Positions 49,158 through 60,412 of a stretch of DNA of 64,000 nucleotides are shown piece by piece. Under the pieces are notes generated by a model. It made no database searches. It was not told the origin of the DNA and saw nothing but the letters and a program-made list of their open reading frames with translations. Numbering within the stretch: the first letter of the stretch is position 1; each line of letters begins with the position of its first letter. Origin of the DNA: a virus. The translations under genes were made by a program, and so were the position numbers. The DNA lies in IMG/VR virus record IMGVR_UViG_3300028610_001072, positions 1-64,000 of that record; one strand, 5' to 3'.

Positions 49158-51149
49158 TTATAAATTCGCACCTTGGTTACTAAATTGTACTGGGGCCTCT
49201 GTGAGTCCTTCAGCATAGATAATGAACAGGTCTGCCGTGAAGGCCGCTTGGACCGAGCCTGACTCGGCAGAATCATAACAATCGACTGTTACAAATCCAG
49301 CAGTGAACTCTGCCGTGGTCATTTCTACCTCAGCTTGCCCTGTTGCATTAAAGGTAATGTTCACGGATCCCGCTTCAGCATTATCACGATATATCCTGAC
49401 CAGTCCCCGTGCGGAGTCGTTCCGGGCGAAAGTTTTGACATCTATCGCCAGCTTGACGATCTTGGCTGAGTTAGGCAGATATACCTGTTTCTGATACCGA
49501 GCCACCTTGCCGTCATCCGTTGCATCGACACTGAGGTCCGGTGCTGGCAATACCTTTTCATTCGAGCGGATTATCGTACCACCGGCAATTGCGGACCCTT
49601 CGACTTCATTGGATACACTGTTATTCGCCCGGCGAATCCTAACCCGGATACCTACCTCTGTTCCGGGTGATGTCGTAACAACGAATTCGCTATTGCTGGT
49701 TGAACCTACTTGGCTACTTCCCCAACGTGGCCGCTTCCCGTCAAAAGCCCAGCAATATTCAAATGCTGTGATCACTTCAGTCAGGTCCGCCCAGTCAACC
49801 AACACACCATCCGTAACAGGGGTCATGGTGATCAATGGCATGAGTACGCTATCATTGGCGTCATCATCCGAGCCTGCCCAGATGTTCCCCAGATTGGTGA
49901 ATGCACTGGTGTTCTGGCTCAGGGAGTTATCCTTCGCCGCCACATACACATCATATTTGTCACCTATAGGAACTACAATCTTGACCTGAAGCTCGCTGAG
50001 GGAAGTATCGAAGCCCTGCAAGGTGTATTCCTGCGGATCGGCATTTGCTACCGTTGTTCCGTTTCGATACGTCAGCACTAGCTGGATAATGTACTCCCTG
50101 ATCCCTGACGCATCGGTAACAGCTTCCCAGCGGGGAATGATGTTGACCGTATTGTTTGAAACTCCCAGCCCTGCATTTATGATCTGCTCTTGGGTCAGGC
50201 TGACCAGCACAGGGGCTGGTGGTGGAGTTATGTCGATCTGGCGCTGTCCCTTCAGTTTCAAAATAATATCGCCCCGCTTATCTATGATAGTCAGGGTCCC
50301 GCCGGTATTGCTGACCTGTGCCAGCCATAGTTCGTGCTGGTCGGCATCATTGATTGGACCCACTGAAGAGAGCTGGACAGTGATATTGTAGGAGTCGTCT
50401 CTCCGGGTGTATTCGGTGTCGCCCCCTGTAGGATAGCCACCTTCAAAGTTCCCAGTGACACTTTCCACACTGGCATATTCAATGATCACATCGTAATTGG
50501 CCGAGTCAGCGGGGATCGTATAGCCGCTGCCACCATTATAGGTATGTGGATATGCTCCCTCGCTCAGACCGAATATCTCATTGGTGGCATCGAGACTGGC
50601 GGGAGCCACGAATTCAACTTCCGAGCTGCCGCCGGTAGTAGCTGACTTCACTAAGATGTAGTCCCCGGATGTTATGGGATTACCTACTGAGTCTGCCCTG
50701 AATGCTATTGTCCCAAATCCAGCAGCATTGATAGCCGCTACTATTTCATCGATGGTGGTGGCCGCCGGGGTAGCTCCCCGGCAATCAATTTCGGCAGCTC
50801 CGGCGTCATCTACATCAATCTTGACATTGTAATTTGTCGAGAGGTCGATGGGACTAGATAAGTCAACTGTTCCGATGTATTCACCGCTGGCCGAATCATC
50901 TACTGCGAGATAGAGCCGCTGCCCAAATTTGTCGTATCCAACTCCGGCCTTGACATTAATCACTCCGCCACCGGCATCGACCACCTGAAGGTCAGTATCC
51001 GCCAATGAATCAATGATCAAGCCGCCTTCTGTTGACATAATATCGACCAAGCGATCTGTCACGGCATCCGATGTTAAATCCCGATGAGTCTTGAAAACAT
51101 TATCGGTTAGCCCTGTTGGGAATAATGCTGATGGTATCTTGCCGCTCAT
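49158..51149 (-). CDS. Baseplate/tail structural protein with FN3-like domains
   Basis: DITPPPAP...WEAVTDASGIREY...YDVYVAAKDNS..N.S. Confidence 0.65.
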   Translation of the reverse strand: MSGKIPSALFPTGLTDNVFKTHRDLTSDAVTDRLVDIMSTEGGLIIDSLADTDLQVVDAGGGVINVKAGVGYDKFGQRLYLAVDDSASGEYIGTVDLSSPIDLSTNYNVKIDVDDAGAAEIDCRGATPAATTIDEIVAAINAAGFGTIAFRADSVGNPITSGDYILVKSATTGGSSEVEFVAPASLDATNEIFGLSEGAYPHTYNGGSGYTIPADSANYDVIIEYASVESVTGNFEGGYPTGGDTEYTRRDDSYNITVQLSSVGPINDADQHELWLAQVSNTGGTLTIIDKRGDIILKLKGQRQIDITPPPAPVLVSLTQEQIINAGLGVSNNTVNIIPRWEAVTDASGIREYIIQLVLTYRNGTTVANADPQEYTLQGFDTSLSELQVKIVVPIGDKYDVYVAAKDNSLSQNTSAFTNLGNIWAGSDDDANDSVLMPLITMTPVTDGVLVDWADLTEVITAFEYCWAFDGKRPRWGSSQVGSTSNSEFVVTTSPGTEVGIRVRIRRANNSVSNEVEGSAIAGGTIIRSNEKVLPAPDLSVDATDDGKVARYQKQVYLPNSAKIVKLAIDVKTFARNDSARGLVRIYRDNAEAGSVNITFNATGQAEVEMTTAEFTAGFVTVDCYDSAESGSVQAAFTADLFIIYAEGLTEAPVQFSNQGANL

Positions 51150-51164
51150 TGTTCTAATCCTTTA

Positions 51165-52472
51165 TTAATGTTGCTGATCCGGGCTGTAATCAATTTTAAG
51201 GACAACTGCGTAACGGGAGCCGTTTGCAGTGGCCTGTTTCCCAATCATTAAATCTCCAGAAGTTGAGTCTGCCCAAATATACAAATAATCATCTCCGGCA
51301 GAGGGCCTGAATCTCCAGCCCGGCAAAGTGCCTGCGCCTGATCTTCCACTCTCTGAATAAAATAGCCCGACAGCTAAATCGGCATCCGGTGTAACATCTT
51401 TTATCCCTGTTACTATATTATTATCCTCTGCACCCCCCGGAATGCCCTTGGCTACGTCTGCGCCATCCTCTTTCATTCTGCCTAAGATGGTTATCATTCG
51501 ATCTCGCCAGTTAATCGAATCATCCAATGTAATAGCGTTTGTATCATTCGCCATCGCTTGGTCGGCCCATATCGTCCCACCGCCGTAGAGGTCCGGGTCT
51601 GGGGAGTCCCCCTGATTTAATGTGGATGTGCGGTGCCGGACGTTATCATTGATTGGAATCTTGCCCGCTTCAGCAGCCTCATTGGAATCAACAAGCTTCC
51701 CGGCCAGAGTTACTGAAATCTTTCCCGCTGCGCCTATTGTTGAAAGCTGGGGAATGTTCAGATTACCTGTCCCCACTTCCATGCCAAGTAAGGACGTATC
51801 TAACTGTCCTGCCGATGACCCTAACTCGGGAATATCTCCAGCCACTTGGCCTACATCACGGCCATCTACCGAGTCGGCATCCTTGCCAGTCAAAGTAGCT
51901 GGTATATTAGAGAGCGGAAGATCACCACTTGCATCGAGGATGGGAACATTCCCCGCTTCTGCACCTGCATGTCTTCCATCAACTTTATCGGCATTCAAAT
52001 TCGTGACTACCGGCTTGGCCGCATCAACTGACTGGCTGCTGTTGTCGGTTAGTATAGTGCCGGAACTATCCGCCTTGGCCGCCAGTGCTGCCCCGAGTTC
52101 CTGAATAGCTGCTTCAACATCCGTGCCGGAGATGTATGCACCGGCATCGACAATGGATACTTGTGCCGCTGCCATGCTATGCGGATCGGCCACACTATCA
52201 GCATGATCCTGTAGAGCTGTATAGCCGTGCTGGAATACCGCCTTGAAGACTCCCCCCACATAGACCTCGTATATGCCTTGAGGAAGAGCTGCTACCCCCC
52301 CAGCGGTTTCAATTTTATAATAACCTGTGGCCCCTATTTCAGTTGTTGCAATGGCACCCCCCGGATAGGCATTTCCGTGCAAAACAAGTTCCACGGTTTC
52401 CCCGGTATCCAATCCGCCGGTGGAAAGGTCTATCAGTGGCAGGACTAAATTTGGTGACGCTAAAGTACCCAT
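51165..52472 (-). CDS. Tail fibre-like protein
   Basis: NADKVDG / DADSVDG repeats typical of fibre shafts. Confidence 0.65.
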   Translation of the reverse strand: MGTLASPNLVLPLIDLSTGGLDTGETVELVLHGNAYPGGAIATTEIGATGYYKIETAGGVAALPQGIYEVYVGGVFKAVFQHGYTALQDHADSVADPHSMAAAQVSIVDAGAYISGTDVEAAIQELGAALAAKADSSGTILTDNSSQSVDAAKPVVTNLNADKVDGRHAGAEAGNVPILDASGDLPLSNIPATLTGKDADSVDGRDVGQVAGDIPELGSSAGQLDTSLLGMEVGTGNLNIPQLSTIGAAGKISVTLAGKLVDSNEAAEAGKIPINDNVRHRTSTLNQGDSPDPDLYGGGTIWADQAMANDTNAITLDDSINWRDRMITILGRMKEDGADVAKGIPGGAEDNNIVTGIKDVTPDADLAVGLFYSESGRSGAGTLPGWRFRPSAGDDYLYIWADSTSGDLMIGKQATANGSRYAVVLKIDYSPDQQH

Positions 52473-52483
52473 TTTCTACCTCT

Positions 52484-53473
52484 CTAATTGCCGATAGTCG
52501 GCAGTATTGTAATTGCTTTCTCAGCTTCGCCATAGCGTTGCTGGGTAGCCGTCAAGCCCTTCAGGATGAAACTCCTGAAAATATAATGATTAAAACTGCG
52601 ATAAGTGGTCATTGTCAGGGTCAGCCTGAATTGGGCATATTGCTCCAGTTGCACTCCCTGTACCCATTGGTTCCGCTGGTACGGAGTCCATGCGTTCCAA
52701 GCTACTTCATCCGATGAAAACCGGACCTCGATCAGCACATCATGGTCTAAATCCCATGCTGCATAATCAGCCCAATCTACCAACCATTGATAGTTTGCGT
52801 AAGTGGCTCCCAGATCGATATTCCCAAAGGTGTATACTGGACTTTCATTCTCGGGGATTAGGGTGTTTTTATCATTGATAAAGCCCGTATTGGTAATCGT
52901 GAATGTTACGCCATCGAGCAGGTTTGCGTCCCTGATTGACTCATAGCCCCCACTCGCTCCATAAGCATCAATGGAGTCGATCCCCGCCTGAACATGCAGG
53001 GGCATTATTGCGCTCAATTGCGCCTCGAGAGATGCTTCCGTTCCGGGAGTATCATTCCAAAATTGAATCCATTCTGATCCCACACCGCCTAAAGCCCAAC
53101 CGGTTCCAAGCCCTGATACCCCCAGTACAAATCTCATCTTCTGATTGTACGGAGTAACCTGTGCTATCTCCCGCCCTTCCCTTTCCAATCCCGCCTGTGT
53201 GCCACGTTCCTGATGGGTCTTAATGGCATTCATTATGCGAATGCCCATGATCTTATCAGTATCGTTGTAATGGCGTACAAGGCCGTAATCTGCCGCAAGG
53301 GCATCCAACATCGAGGGATTGCCGTTTTCGATGGCAAGCCCGTCTTTGAACGTATCTGTGTCCAGATTAAGCTGATCTATCGCGGCTCCAATTGGGCCTA
53401 GCAGACTATCAAGGCGGGTGCCCCGGGTGATGAATGCCGGTAGTTTCGCTTTGATGTTGTCCAGTGTGCTCAT
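52484..53473 (-). CDS. Baseplate wedge protein (P2 gpI-like)
   Basis: Follows baseplate J; LDALAADYGL...RGTQAG...MPLHV. Confidence 0.7.
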   Translation of the reverse strand: MSTLDNIKAKLPAFITRGTRLDSLLGPIGAAIDQLNLDTDTFKDGLAIENGNPSMLDALAADYGLVRHYNDTDKIMGIRIMNAIKTHQERGTQAGLEREGREIAQVTPYNQKMRFVLGVSGLGTGWALGGVGSEWIQFWNDTPGTEASLEAQLSAIMPLHVQAGIDSIDAYGASGGYESIRDANLLDGVTFTITNTGFINDKNTLIPENESPVYTFGNIDLGATYANYQWLVDWADYAAWDLDHDVLIEVRFSSDEVAWNAWTPYQRNQWVQGVQLEQYAQFRLTLTMTTYRSFNHYIFRSFILKGLTATQQRYGEAEKAITILPTIGN

Positions 53474-54543
53474 TACCAGTCCGTTATCTGTAGTGATGAA
53501 AAGCTGGGAAGTGAGTAATCACCAACAGTGATATTTGTCGAGGGACTGAATGCTGTTAGTGATACTTCATCCACGCCTAGAGTTGATCCCACTAATGAGT
53601 ATAGGTCGGTCCAGTCAAGGTCGGTCCCCCAATCCCACTCCCTGTAGTCGAGATATAATCTGAGGTTCTTGGTAATCTTGCTGGTGACTTCTACCAACTC
53701 ATATCCCGAAGCACGGCGCACCTGAGCAACGAGGGTGATGGCCGCCCAGACAATATTTGCACAAACTATCACTACTCCCAGTGGGGCCTTGCTCTGAATA
53801 TAGTTTGCAATCTGGTCAAGGTCCGATGTCGTGAATAGTCCGGCGTTGGCCTTTACCAGATGAACCACGATTGTTTTATCGCTATAAGTTGGGTGTCCGT
53901 ACTGGGGTCTCGCTCGGATTACATCATCGCGGGCTTCCAATGCCCATGCTTCGTAACTGGCCTCAATCCCCTGAGATATTGTCGCCAACTGAATGATCGC
54001 CCGATTGCGGAGCTGTTCGTCAGCCTCAGCATTGTAGCCGCCGTCTGTGGGAGCAGCATTGCTTACGGCGGTCAAGCCGCTTACCTCGTCCACCATGACA
54101 GAAATTTCTCCGGCATTCACATTCCCTATCTCTCCTGCAACCGCTGCCTCAATATCCACGTCCACCCGCCCTATGGCCGGTACTGTGTCTCCCTCTGTAG
54201 TAACAAATCCAATCCCGTCAGGAGTTGCCAATTTCATGCCTGATGGAATCGCTGTTGTACTGGTGCCGGAAAAAGTTACAACCTTAGCTGCTTTCGTGGC
54301 CCCCCGCCGTATTATTGATCGAGGAGCTACCGCTGTATCGAGATCGGTCCCACTGGCATAGATGATCCGAGCTGAGCGATAGACCTTGTAGAGATTGTAG
54401 TACACTTGGGCCAGTATCGCTGCAATTGAATTATAGATACTTCGCATTACCCCCCCCTGATTGAAATCGGTGAGGTCTGAATTATTATTCCGCGCCCACT
54501 GGATCATATCAGCGAGAATTTGTTTGCGTGTTTTGATTATCAT
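53473..54543 (-). CDS. Baseplate J-like protein
   Basis: TDFNQGGVMR, ASGTDLD, GGYNAEADEQLRNR. Confidence 0.9.
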   Translation of the reverse strand: MIIKTRKQILADMIQWARNNNSDLTDFNQGGVMRSIYNSIAAILAQVYYNLYKVYRSARIIYASGTDLDTAVAPRSIIRRGATKAAKVVTFSGTSTTAIPSGMKLATPDGIGFVTTEGDTVPAIGRVDVDIEAAVAGEIGNVNAGEISVMVDEVSGLTAVSNAAPTDGGYNAEADEQLRNRAIIQLATISQGIEASYEAWALEARDDVIRARPQYGHPTYSDKTIVVHLVKANAGLFTTSDLDQIANYIQSKAPLGVVIVCANIVWAAITLVAQVRRASGYELVEVTSKITKNLRLYLDYREWDWGTDLDWTDLYSLVGSTLGVDEVSLTAFSPSTNITVGDYSLPSFSSLQITDW

Positions 54544-55790
54544 GTCAACCTCAGACTTGCCTCTAAGTCAGCCTCTGTTAAATGGTTCACGGGTGTAACC
54601 TGATATTTCACCTTGAAGGCATCCTGCTCCCTTATTGCAGTAATCCCTGTAACGGATGCAATTCGAGGGTTGGTCATTAATGCCCGTTTTATTTCTGTTG
54701 AAATCATCTCCCCCGCTATCCGGGGAACGGCTCCGTTGCTTATCTGTAGAATCCTGTTGCCATACTCCGGGTCTTCGGGGATCGCTCCCGCCGGTGTTTG
54801 GATAATATTGTCGAGTGATTGGAATAAGTTGGCTGTGTGCTGGTTGAGAACCAGATCGCCGCCTTGAACTTCGAGATCGTTGGTCAGGTCCCGCCCCAGA
54901 ACCTTAACCCCGCTCTGTGAATCCAGCACAAAATTATTTGCCAGCCTCGCGTTGTTTGTTGGTTCTGAATAGGGTATCGAGAGCTCGCGTCCGTTCCAGT
55001 CGTCTGCAAATATATCTGATGGAGTCAGGTCGTTGAATTCCATGATTAGCGGAGCTTTATCTGCATCTCCTAATTCTCTTTGGGCCACTCGTTCTAATGA
55101 CTCCCCGGTGCGGATAAATACTTTTTTCACCGGCACTTCGATCTTGTTTGTATTGCTATCGGTGGCCGTCCGGTAATATGCCGGTATGTTGAATAAGGTC
55201 TCAAGTTCCAGCCGGAGATTGTCCAGTATATTGAGCAGTCCATATAGGTTAGTCGTCGCCGGTGTTGCCCGTGTCTGAAGGCTCAGCCTACGTGCGCCGG
55301 TTATGTCGGGATTAAGTTCGGCTCCAGTGCGGTGCGCCCATGCCAGTAGGTCTTCTGTTCGACTTTCCCTACTGTCAAATTCCGCATTGGTATCCTTGAC
55401 CTGATTGTCCACAAAATTGTATATGTTCCTCACCAATTTCAGGGCTTGGGTGATATTATCCATCGATGTAGCTACCCTGCGAAGAGCTTTGCGGGTCTCC
55501 TCAATTACCGTCGAGTGCCGGGGGGGATTAGTTGTCCCAAACAGAGCTTGATCATCGAATGGATTCAGCGATCCCGGTGTCTCAAATATGTTAATTAAAT
55601 CCCTGAAGAGCTCCCCGCTGCCATAGGCATGAATATCTTTTTCAGCATCTCTAATCTTGAGCAGCAGGACTTGTAATTGAATGAATCGTTTCCTGACTCC
55701 TGCTCGGACAATAGTAGCTGCAAAATTGTTAGAGCGAATCGGGTCACGGCTTTCCATCTCTTTAGTGATCTCAATCTCGAGAAAATTCAT
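54540..55790 (-). CDS. Baseplate protein with LysM-like and gp25/W-like domains
   Basis: GESLERVAQRELGDA...FNDL (LysM-like); TPAGAIPEDPEYG...NPRIASV (gp25-like). Confidence 0.75.
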   Translation of the reverse strand: MNFLEIEITKEMESRDPIRSNNFAATIVRAGVRKRFIQLQVLLLKIRDAEKDIHAYGSGELFRDLINIFETPGSLNPFDDQALFGTTNPPRHSTVIEETRKALRRVATSMDNITQALKLVRNIYNFVDNQVKDTNAEFDSRESRTEDLLAWAHRTGAELNPDITGARRLSLQTRATPATTNLYGLLNILDNLRLELETLFNIPAYYRTATDSNTNKIEVPVKKVFIRTGESLERVAQRELGDADKAPLIMEFNDLTPSDIFADDWNGRELSIPYSEPTNNARLANNFVLDSQSGVKVLGRDLTNDLEVQGGDLVLNQHTANLFQSLDNIIQTPAGAIPEDPEYGNRILQISNGAVPRIAGEMISTEIKRALMTNPRIASVTGITAIREQDAFKVKYQVTPVNHLTEADLEASLRLT

Positions 55791-56395
55791 AAGACTACAT
55801 TCCCTAGATTGTTGATTGTATTCGAGACGGTTTGCGTTACCTGCTCAACCACGCTCCCAAGTATTACATCCTCGAGAGGGCTGCCTGTGATGGGACGCAG
55901 AACGGTTGACTTAACCGTATAGGTCCAGAGCATGTTTCTGGATATGCTCTCCCCCAGTGACATGCTTATCAATTCGACCTCGAGGAAATGCTGTGACACA
56001 TGGCTCATCAACCAAACTTCCGGTAATTCCCCGTCGTCATCCCTCTCATGGGATAAATCGACCAGCCATTCCAGAAACTGTATCCAGCCAAATCCGTTAT
56101 ATAGCCCCCCGTTAAAATAGCCCTTCGTGTTATATCCGAAGGTTCCACTTATATCGAAAGGACTGGGGGCCGGGCCAAAGTCATCCACCCAACCGCCTTC
56201 CTGAGTAGATGTTACGGTTGTTAAATATTGCTTGAGATATGTCAGTGTCTCAGGCATTACCGGGAACTGCATGATGACTGGCGTTGCTATCCCGAGTATC
56301 TTCTTCCACACTATCAGCGATAGCATATTCGGCGGCTGTCGCTCGTTCACACCGTAGACCAGTGGCGGCAAGAGGGGCATTACGATACCTCGCAA
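55787..56395 (-). CDS. Baseplate/tail tube initiator-like protein
   Basis: FPVMPETL...TQEGGWVDDFG...ISGTFG; position in the baseplate cluster. Confidence 0.6.
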   Translation of the reverse strand: MRGIVMPLLPPLVYGVNERQPPNMLSLIVWKKILGIATPVIMQFPVMPETLTYLKQYLTTVTSTQEGGWVDDFGPAPSPFDISGTFGYNTKGYFNGGLYNGFGWIQFLEWLVDLSHERDDDGELPEVWLMSHVSQHFLEVELISMSLGESISRNMLWTYTVKSTVLRPITGSPLEDVILGSVVEQVTQTVSNTINNLGNVVL

Positions 56396-56601
56396 TCAAT
56401 TGTTTTTAAATTCTTCGTCACTACTATCTGCCCTGTAGCATTCGTAACCACTTCACCCGCTGGGACCTTTACCTCGAGATTGACTTTTAGATAATCTACA
56501 ATGGCCCCTGCCATGAGTTCTATTGCGTCATCTTGGTTGTCCGGCTTGCCCGCCATCGCGGTAAGCATCGCACTTTTTAATCCGTCCTTCGAGATACCCA
56601 T
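56380..56601 (-). CDS. Small baseplate-associated protein
   Basis: 73-aa ORF after the spike gene. Confidence 0.55.
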   Translation of the reverse strand: MGISKDGLKSAMLTAMAGKPDNQDDAIELMAGAIVDYLKVNLEVKVPAGEVVTNATGQIVVTKNLKTIDCEVS

Positions 56602-56602
56602 C

Positions 56603-57277
56603 TCATGCCTTCACGTTTTTATTCCCAATGGAATGCTTGGCCCCTGTAATTATGCAGACAGGCAGATTATTCACCAACAACTTTGTCAAGTTATCCCCGA
56701 GCTCGACAGTAGCGCCATCTACTTTCGCGGTGCCTTTGGCAACGGCACTTATATCACCATCGGCTGTTGCCGAGATATTCCCCTTGGCCGTCACCGTTGC
56801 GCTCCCATCCGTACCCACATACACATTCCCATCTGATATGATGGTTGTATCACCGGCGGCCTCGATGTTGATCTTACCCTCTTTCCCCTGAGCTTTTATG
56901 TTCAGGCTTCCCAATTCCCCCGATAGGGTGAGGGTTAAGTTGCCGTTGGTATCAGTATGCACCTCAATCTTGCCTGTCACTTCAGTAAGGATACCCTTAT
57001 CATCTCTCGGACCAACTTCGTGGATCAGATGAATGTCGTCTCGCTCTGAACCTTCAATCCGGGGATCGCCGTGGAGCAGTACCTTGTCGAGCACTACCGG
57101 ATTGTCGTTGCTCTCGATGTATCCAACCAGCACATAATCGCCCGGCTGGAGATTCCAATACACCCGGCCAGCAATTTTCACATCAGGGATTATCTCACTG
57201 GTGGATCGGAACTCAATATCAACGCTATGATGAGCTGGGTTGACCTTTACGACTTTGGCATCTCGGAGCACTATCAA
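56603..57277 (-). CDS. Baseplate central spike (gpV-like)
   Basis: N-terminal OB-like (PGDYVLVGY), beta-helix repeats, C-terminal CIITGAKH. Confidence 0.75.
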   Translation of the reverse strand: MIVLRDAKVVKVNPAHHSVDIEFRSTSEIIPDVKIAGRVYWNLQPGDYVLVGYIESNDNPVVLDKVLLHGDPRIEGSERDDIHLIHEVGPRDDKGILTEVTGKIEVHTDTNGNLTLTLSGELGSLNIKAQGKEGKINIEAAGDTTIISDGNVYVGTDGSATVTAKGNISATADGDISAVAKGTAKVDGATVELGDNLTKLLVNNLPVCIITGAKHSIGNKNVKA

Positions 57278-58650
57278 ATTCCTTTCAGGAAGTTCATTCC
57301 GGCCTCGTAGAGATTATCGCGGGTGTCCCGCCGCAATCCCCTACTGATGGCAACATTGGTGGTGAAGGGCTGGCCGAAAGCCCAATTATTGCTGACCCCT
57401 GTAACGTAAAATTCTGTATTCAGGTCCTCACGGAAAATCCTATCACCGGCTCGAATGTTTGAGTTGCCCATTAAGGTCATCGAGCCACCTTCCATTCGGT
57501 GATTATCCCTATTCCAGAGATACAGCTTATTCCGATAATACTCATACCGTTCCAGTGATCCGTCGGTGGTTTTACCGTCTCCCACAATAGGGATATAATT
57601 CAGGCTAACCTGATTATCTCTGGTGCCAATTTCTTTTACCAGCGGGGAGTCAATCAGCGGATGGAACGTGGCATATTCCGCATCCGCCCCTGTAAACTTA
57701 TCCGATGAGAGGACCGCAAACACTGAGTAGGCATTGCCATGATCTCTTGATATGCGCTCTTCCCGGATGTCACTGGGGTTGATCACATGAAACGCACTGC
57801 CCCCAATCCAGTTTTTGGTGTCGTGCCAACTGCTGATTCGGGATTCGCCCAGCGCACTTTCCGCACTTTCGGGGTCCTTTTTTCCGTGGCTGAATGGTGT
57901 CGGTCTGGACCTCAGTACCAATTTCCCATCCCTCGAATCTGTCCACAACTCGTTGAATGGTTCTTGGATATACGTTTTGAAATAATCCCATACGCTACCG
58001 GCGTAAGGACTAATTCCCCGTGCAAATATTTTCTCGTCTTTACGGACAAATAACTCGCTGCCAACATCGAGGAAATCCTCTGCTGTTTTCCCCCCGTACA
58101 GCTCCATGCTGAACATAGGCAGATGGGTATATATTTCTATGATGGCTTCATAAGGCGGCTTCTCTGCGAAGTTGAGTAATATCTGCCCCTGCTGAAGTAG
58201 TAGATTTCGATGTGCCAGATCATCGGATAGCCCCAGTGCATTGGTGAAATACTTGATCAGGTCGAATTCCCAGATGGCCGATAATGACCTGCCGGTGATC
58301 TGCACCCCCCGCTTAACGTTCTTGGTCCCCACGACCGTACTTTTCTCCACCTTGTCAACGATCCCGATCATCGTGGTGGTGCCTTCCTCTAATTCGATCT
58401 CCACCACATCTAACGGATGGATCGTATCGTAGTAGTACGACTCTACATCGCTGGGGGGAACCTTATAATAGACCAGTTCGATGCTGAAGGTTCCTGATGC
58501 CGCTCCCATCTTGTTATCGGTCATAATCCTAATAACATCCTTCATGGGAAACTTGGTAATTGCTGGATTGCTGCCAATGCCAAATGATCGCTCTTTCTTC
58601 GTGTGAAAAAGCAAATATGGGCTGGGCCGTCTTTTGGTATAATTTGCCAT
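57274..58650 (-). CDS. Baseplate hub protein
   Basis: Between tape measure and spike; GTFSIEL, PFNELW, RPTPF, GNSNIRAG, FYVTGVSNNW. Confidence 0.75.
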   Translation of the reverse strand: MANYTKRRPSPYLLFHTKKERSFGIGSNPAITKFPMKDVIRIMTDNKMGAASGTFSIELVYYKVPPSDVESYYYDTIHPLDVVEIELEEGTTTMIGIVDKVEKSTVVGTKNVKRGVQITGRSLSAIWEFDLIKYFTNALGLSDDLAHRNLLLQQGQILLNFAEKPPYEAIIEIYTHLPMFSMELYGGKTAEDFLDVGSELFVRKDEKIFARGISPYAGSVWDYFKTYIQEPFNELWTDSRDGKLVLRSRPTPFSHGKKDPESAESALGESRISSWHDTKNWIGGSAFHVINPSDIREERISRDHGNAYSVFAVLSSDKFTGADAEYATFHPLIDSPLVKEIGTRDNQVSLNYIPIVGDGKTTDGSLERYEYYRNKLYLWNRDNHRMEGGSMTLMGNSNIRAGDRIFREDLNTEFYVTGVSNNWAFGQPFTTNVAISRGLRRDTRDNLYEAGMNFLKGI

Positions 58651-58656
58651 TATAAA

Positions 58657-60393
58657 TTACCGAGGCGGATACATTAACTTTCTTTTGGTTGTTGCATCAT
58701 CACGGGGAATATCGTACTGTGATAATATCGACTTCGCTGCTTCCGAGCCAAGACCCATTTCCGCAATTGCCAGTGCTCCCCGCAGGAATAGTTCATTGGC
58801 TTTTTCAAATGCCAGTGCTGCAACTTCGATTTTTCCAATCTCGGTAGCAACTGCCCGCATCTGAACCTCGAATCCGGTAGCGCCTCGCATCTCTTCAACT
58901 CGCTTTGCAAAGTCTATTGGGAGTCCCTGATCGCTCATATCACCGAGCATTTTCCCGCCTAGAGATTTCCTTAATTCCAGCCAACTATTAATACCTTTGT
59001 CTGGATTATACAACGCTGAAATTGGTATCCCTCGACCGAGGCCACCAGTCCATTGATTCAGCAACATAGCTTGGCTGTAAGGATCATCTCCCCCCAGTTC
59101 CCCAGCTATCGCAAAAAATTCTTCCAGTAGTCGCGGGTCCTGTAACCCCTGTTCCTGTAACGCCATCACTTGCCCTATGGAATAATTCCCCGCTCCCTCT
59201 GTCCGGTCCAGTATCCTTCGAGCTGCTTGAAAGCCCATGCCGCCGCCGGTGATCGCCTGATTGAAACTGGTCAACTGCTGCATACCTCGTTGACCTTGGA
59301 ATGGAGTCCCCAGAGTCCCAAGCCTACCGGCGTAACGCCCCATTAAGCCTGAGTCAGCGGTGACTGAGGTTCGCATCACCGTTTCTGTGAGGGTCATCAC
59401 CCCTTGCAGAAATTCCGGCAAGCGGCCCTGCCCTATCCCGGAGCGGACCCCTTCAATGATGGCTTCTTGGAGTCGCCCGAGCGGAATTGGGTCCCTGCGA
59501 TAGCCAGTCATTCCCATCCGGCCAGCAAACTCAACTCCCACCCCTTTATCGATCCCCAAACTTTGAGCCACGTTAACCACATCGTCCATCACGGTGCCAT
59601 GCAATCGCTGACCAGTGAGGCGGATGTAGGATTGCTCCAGTCCGCTCATCTCCTGCAAGGTGGTTGCCGTCAGCATTGCCACTGCTTCAAACTCTTCGCG
59701 GAATGCAGCAGCATCACCCCCCAGCCTTCCAGTCATCGCTGCAATCTGCATCAGGTCGGGAGCGATCTGCTTGAAAGCGTCTTTCCCCTCGACCATCCCT
59801 GAAATAAGTTTATATGCCCCAAAACCTACCAGCCCGGCACCGGCTCCCACCCCCAGCTTAGCGAGGGTCCCCATCCCGGCCATCTTCCCTGTCACCCTGC
59901 TGGCGAACCTGCCCAATCCTGCTTGAGCCATGCTTCGGCCACCGGCCCCACGAATTCCCATTCCAGTGAGATCAGACAATAAATCAGGTGCGGCGGGGTC
60001 TCCGAATCCCTGCTCGGATGCCCACTCTTTTCGGTATGCTTCGCCTTGGACTGAGGTAGTGGTATCAGAGATGTGCTCCTTCCTCAGTTGGTGCATTTCC
60101 TTGTCGATCCGGGCCTGAGCAAATTTGCTACTGGTCCGTTTGCGTTGGTATGCAAGATCGGCCATCCTGTCCTGATGACCTACAGACTCCAAGCGGCTCA
60201 TTAGAGCTATCTGCTCACGGATGTATTGGTTTTGCTTCTTTAGACTATCAGGATGTTGCTGCTCAGCTTCCCGTCGAACTTCATTGAAGTGACCCCAACC
60301 CGCATTCATCTGCCCCAGTGCCGCGATATGCTCTCGCATACCCTCGCCGCCGGTGGTCTTGGCATCTATAGTGATTCCTATGCGGTTTTCCAA
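58657..60393 (-). CDS. Tail tape measure protein
   Basis: Ala/Gly-rich helical 578-aa ORF after the tail chaperones. Confidence 0.7.
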   Translation of the reverse strand: MENRIGITIDAKTTGGEGMREHIAALGQMNAGWGHFNEVRREAEQQHPDSLKKQNQYIREQIALMSRLESVGHQDRMADLAYQRKRTSSKFAQARIDKEMHQLRKEHISDTTTSVQGEAYRKEWASEQGFGDPAAPDLLSDLTGMGIRGAGGRSMAQAGLGRFASRVTGKMAGMGTLAKLGVGAGAGLVGFGAYKLISGMVEGKDAFKQIAPDLMQIAAMTGRLGGDAAAFREEFEAVAMLTATTLQEMSGLEQSYIRLTGQRLHGTVMDDVVNVAQSLGIDKGVGVEFAGRMGMTGYRRDPIPLGRLQEAIIEGVRSGIGQGRLPEFLQGVMTLTETVMRTSVTADSGLMGRYAGRLGTLGTPFQGQRGMQQLTSFNQAITGGGMGFQAARRILDRTEGAGNYSIGQVMALQEQGLQDPRLLEEFFAIAGELGGDDPYSQAMLLNQWTGGLGRGIPISALYNPDKGINSWLELRKSLGGKMLGDMSDQGLPIDFAKRVEEMRGATGFEVQMRAVATEIGKIEVAALAFEKANELFLRGALAIAEMGLGSEAAKSILSQYDIPRDDATTKRKLMYPPR

Positions 60394-60412
60394 ACCTCAA
60401 TTCCTTTCAATC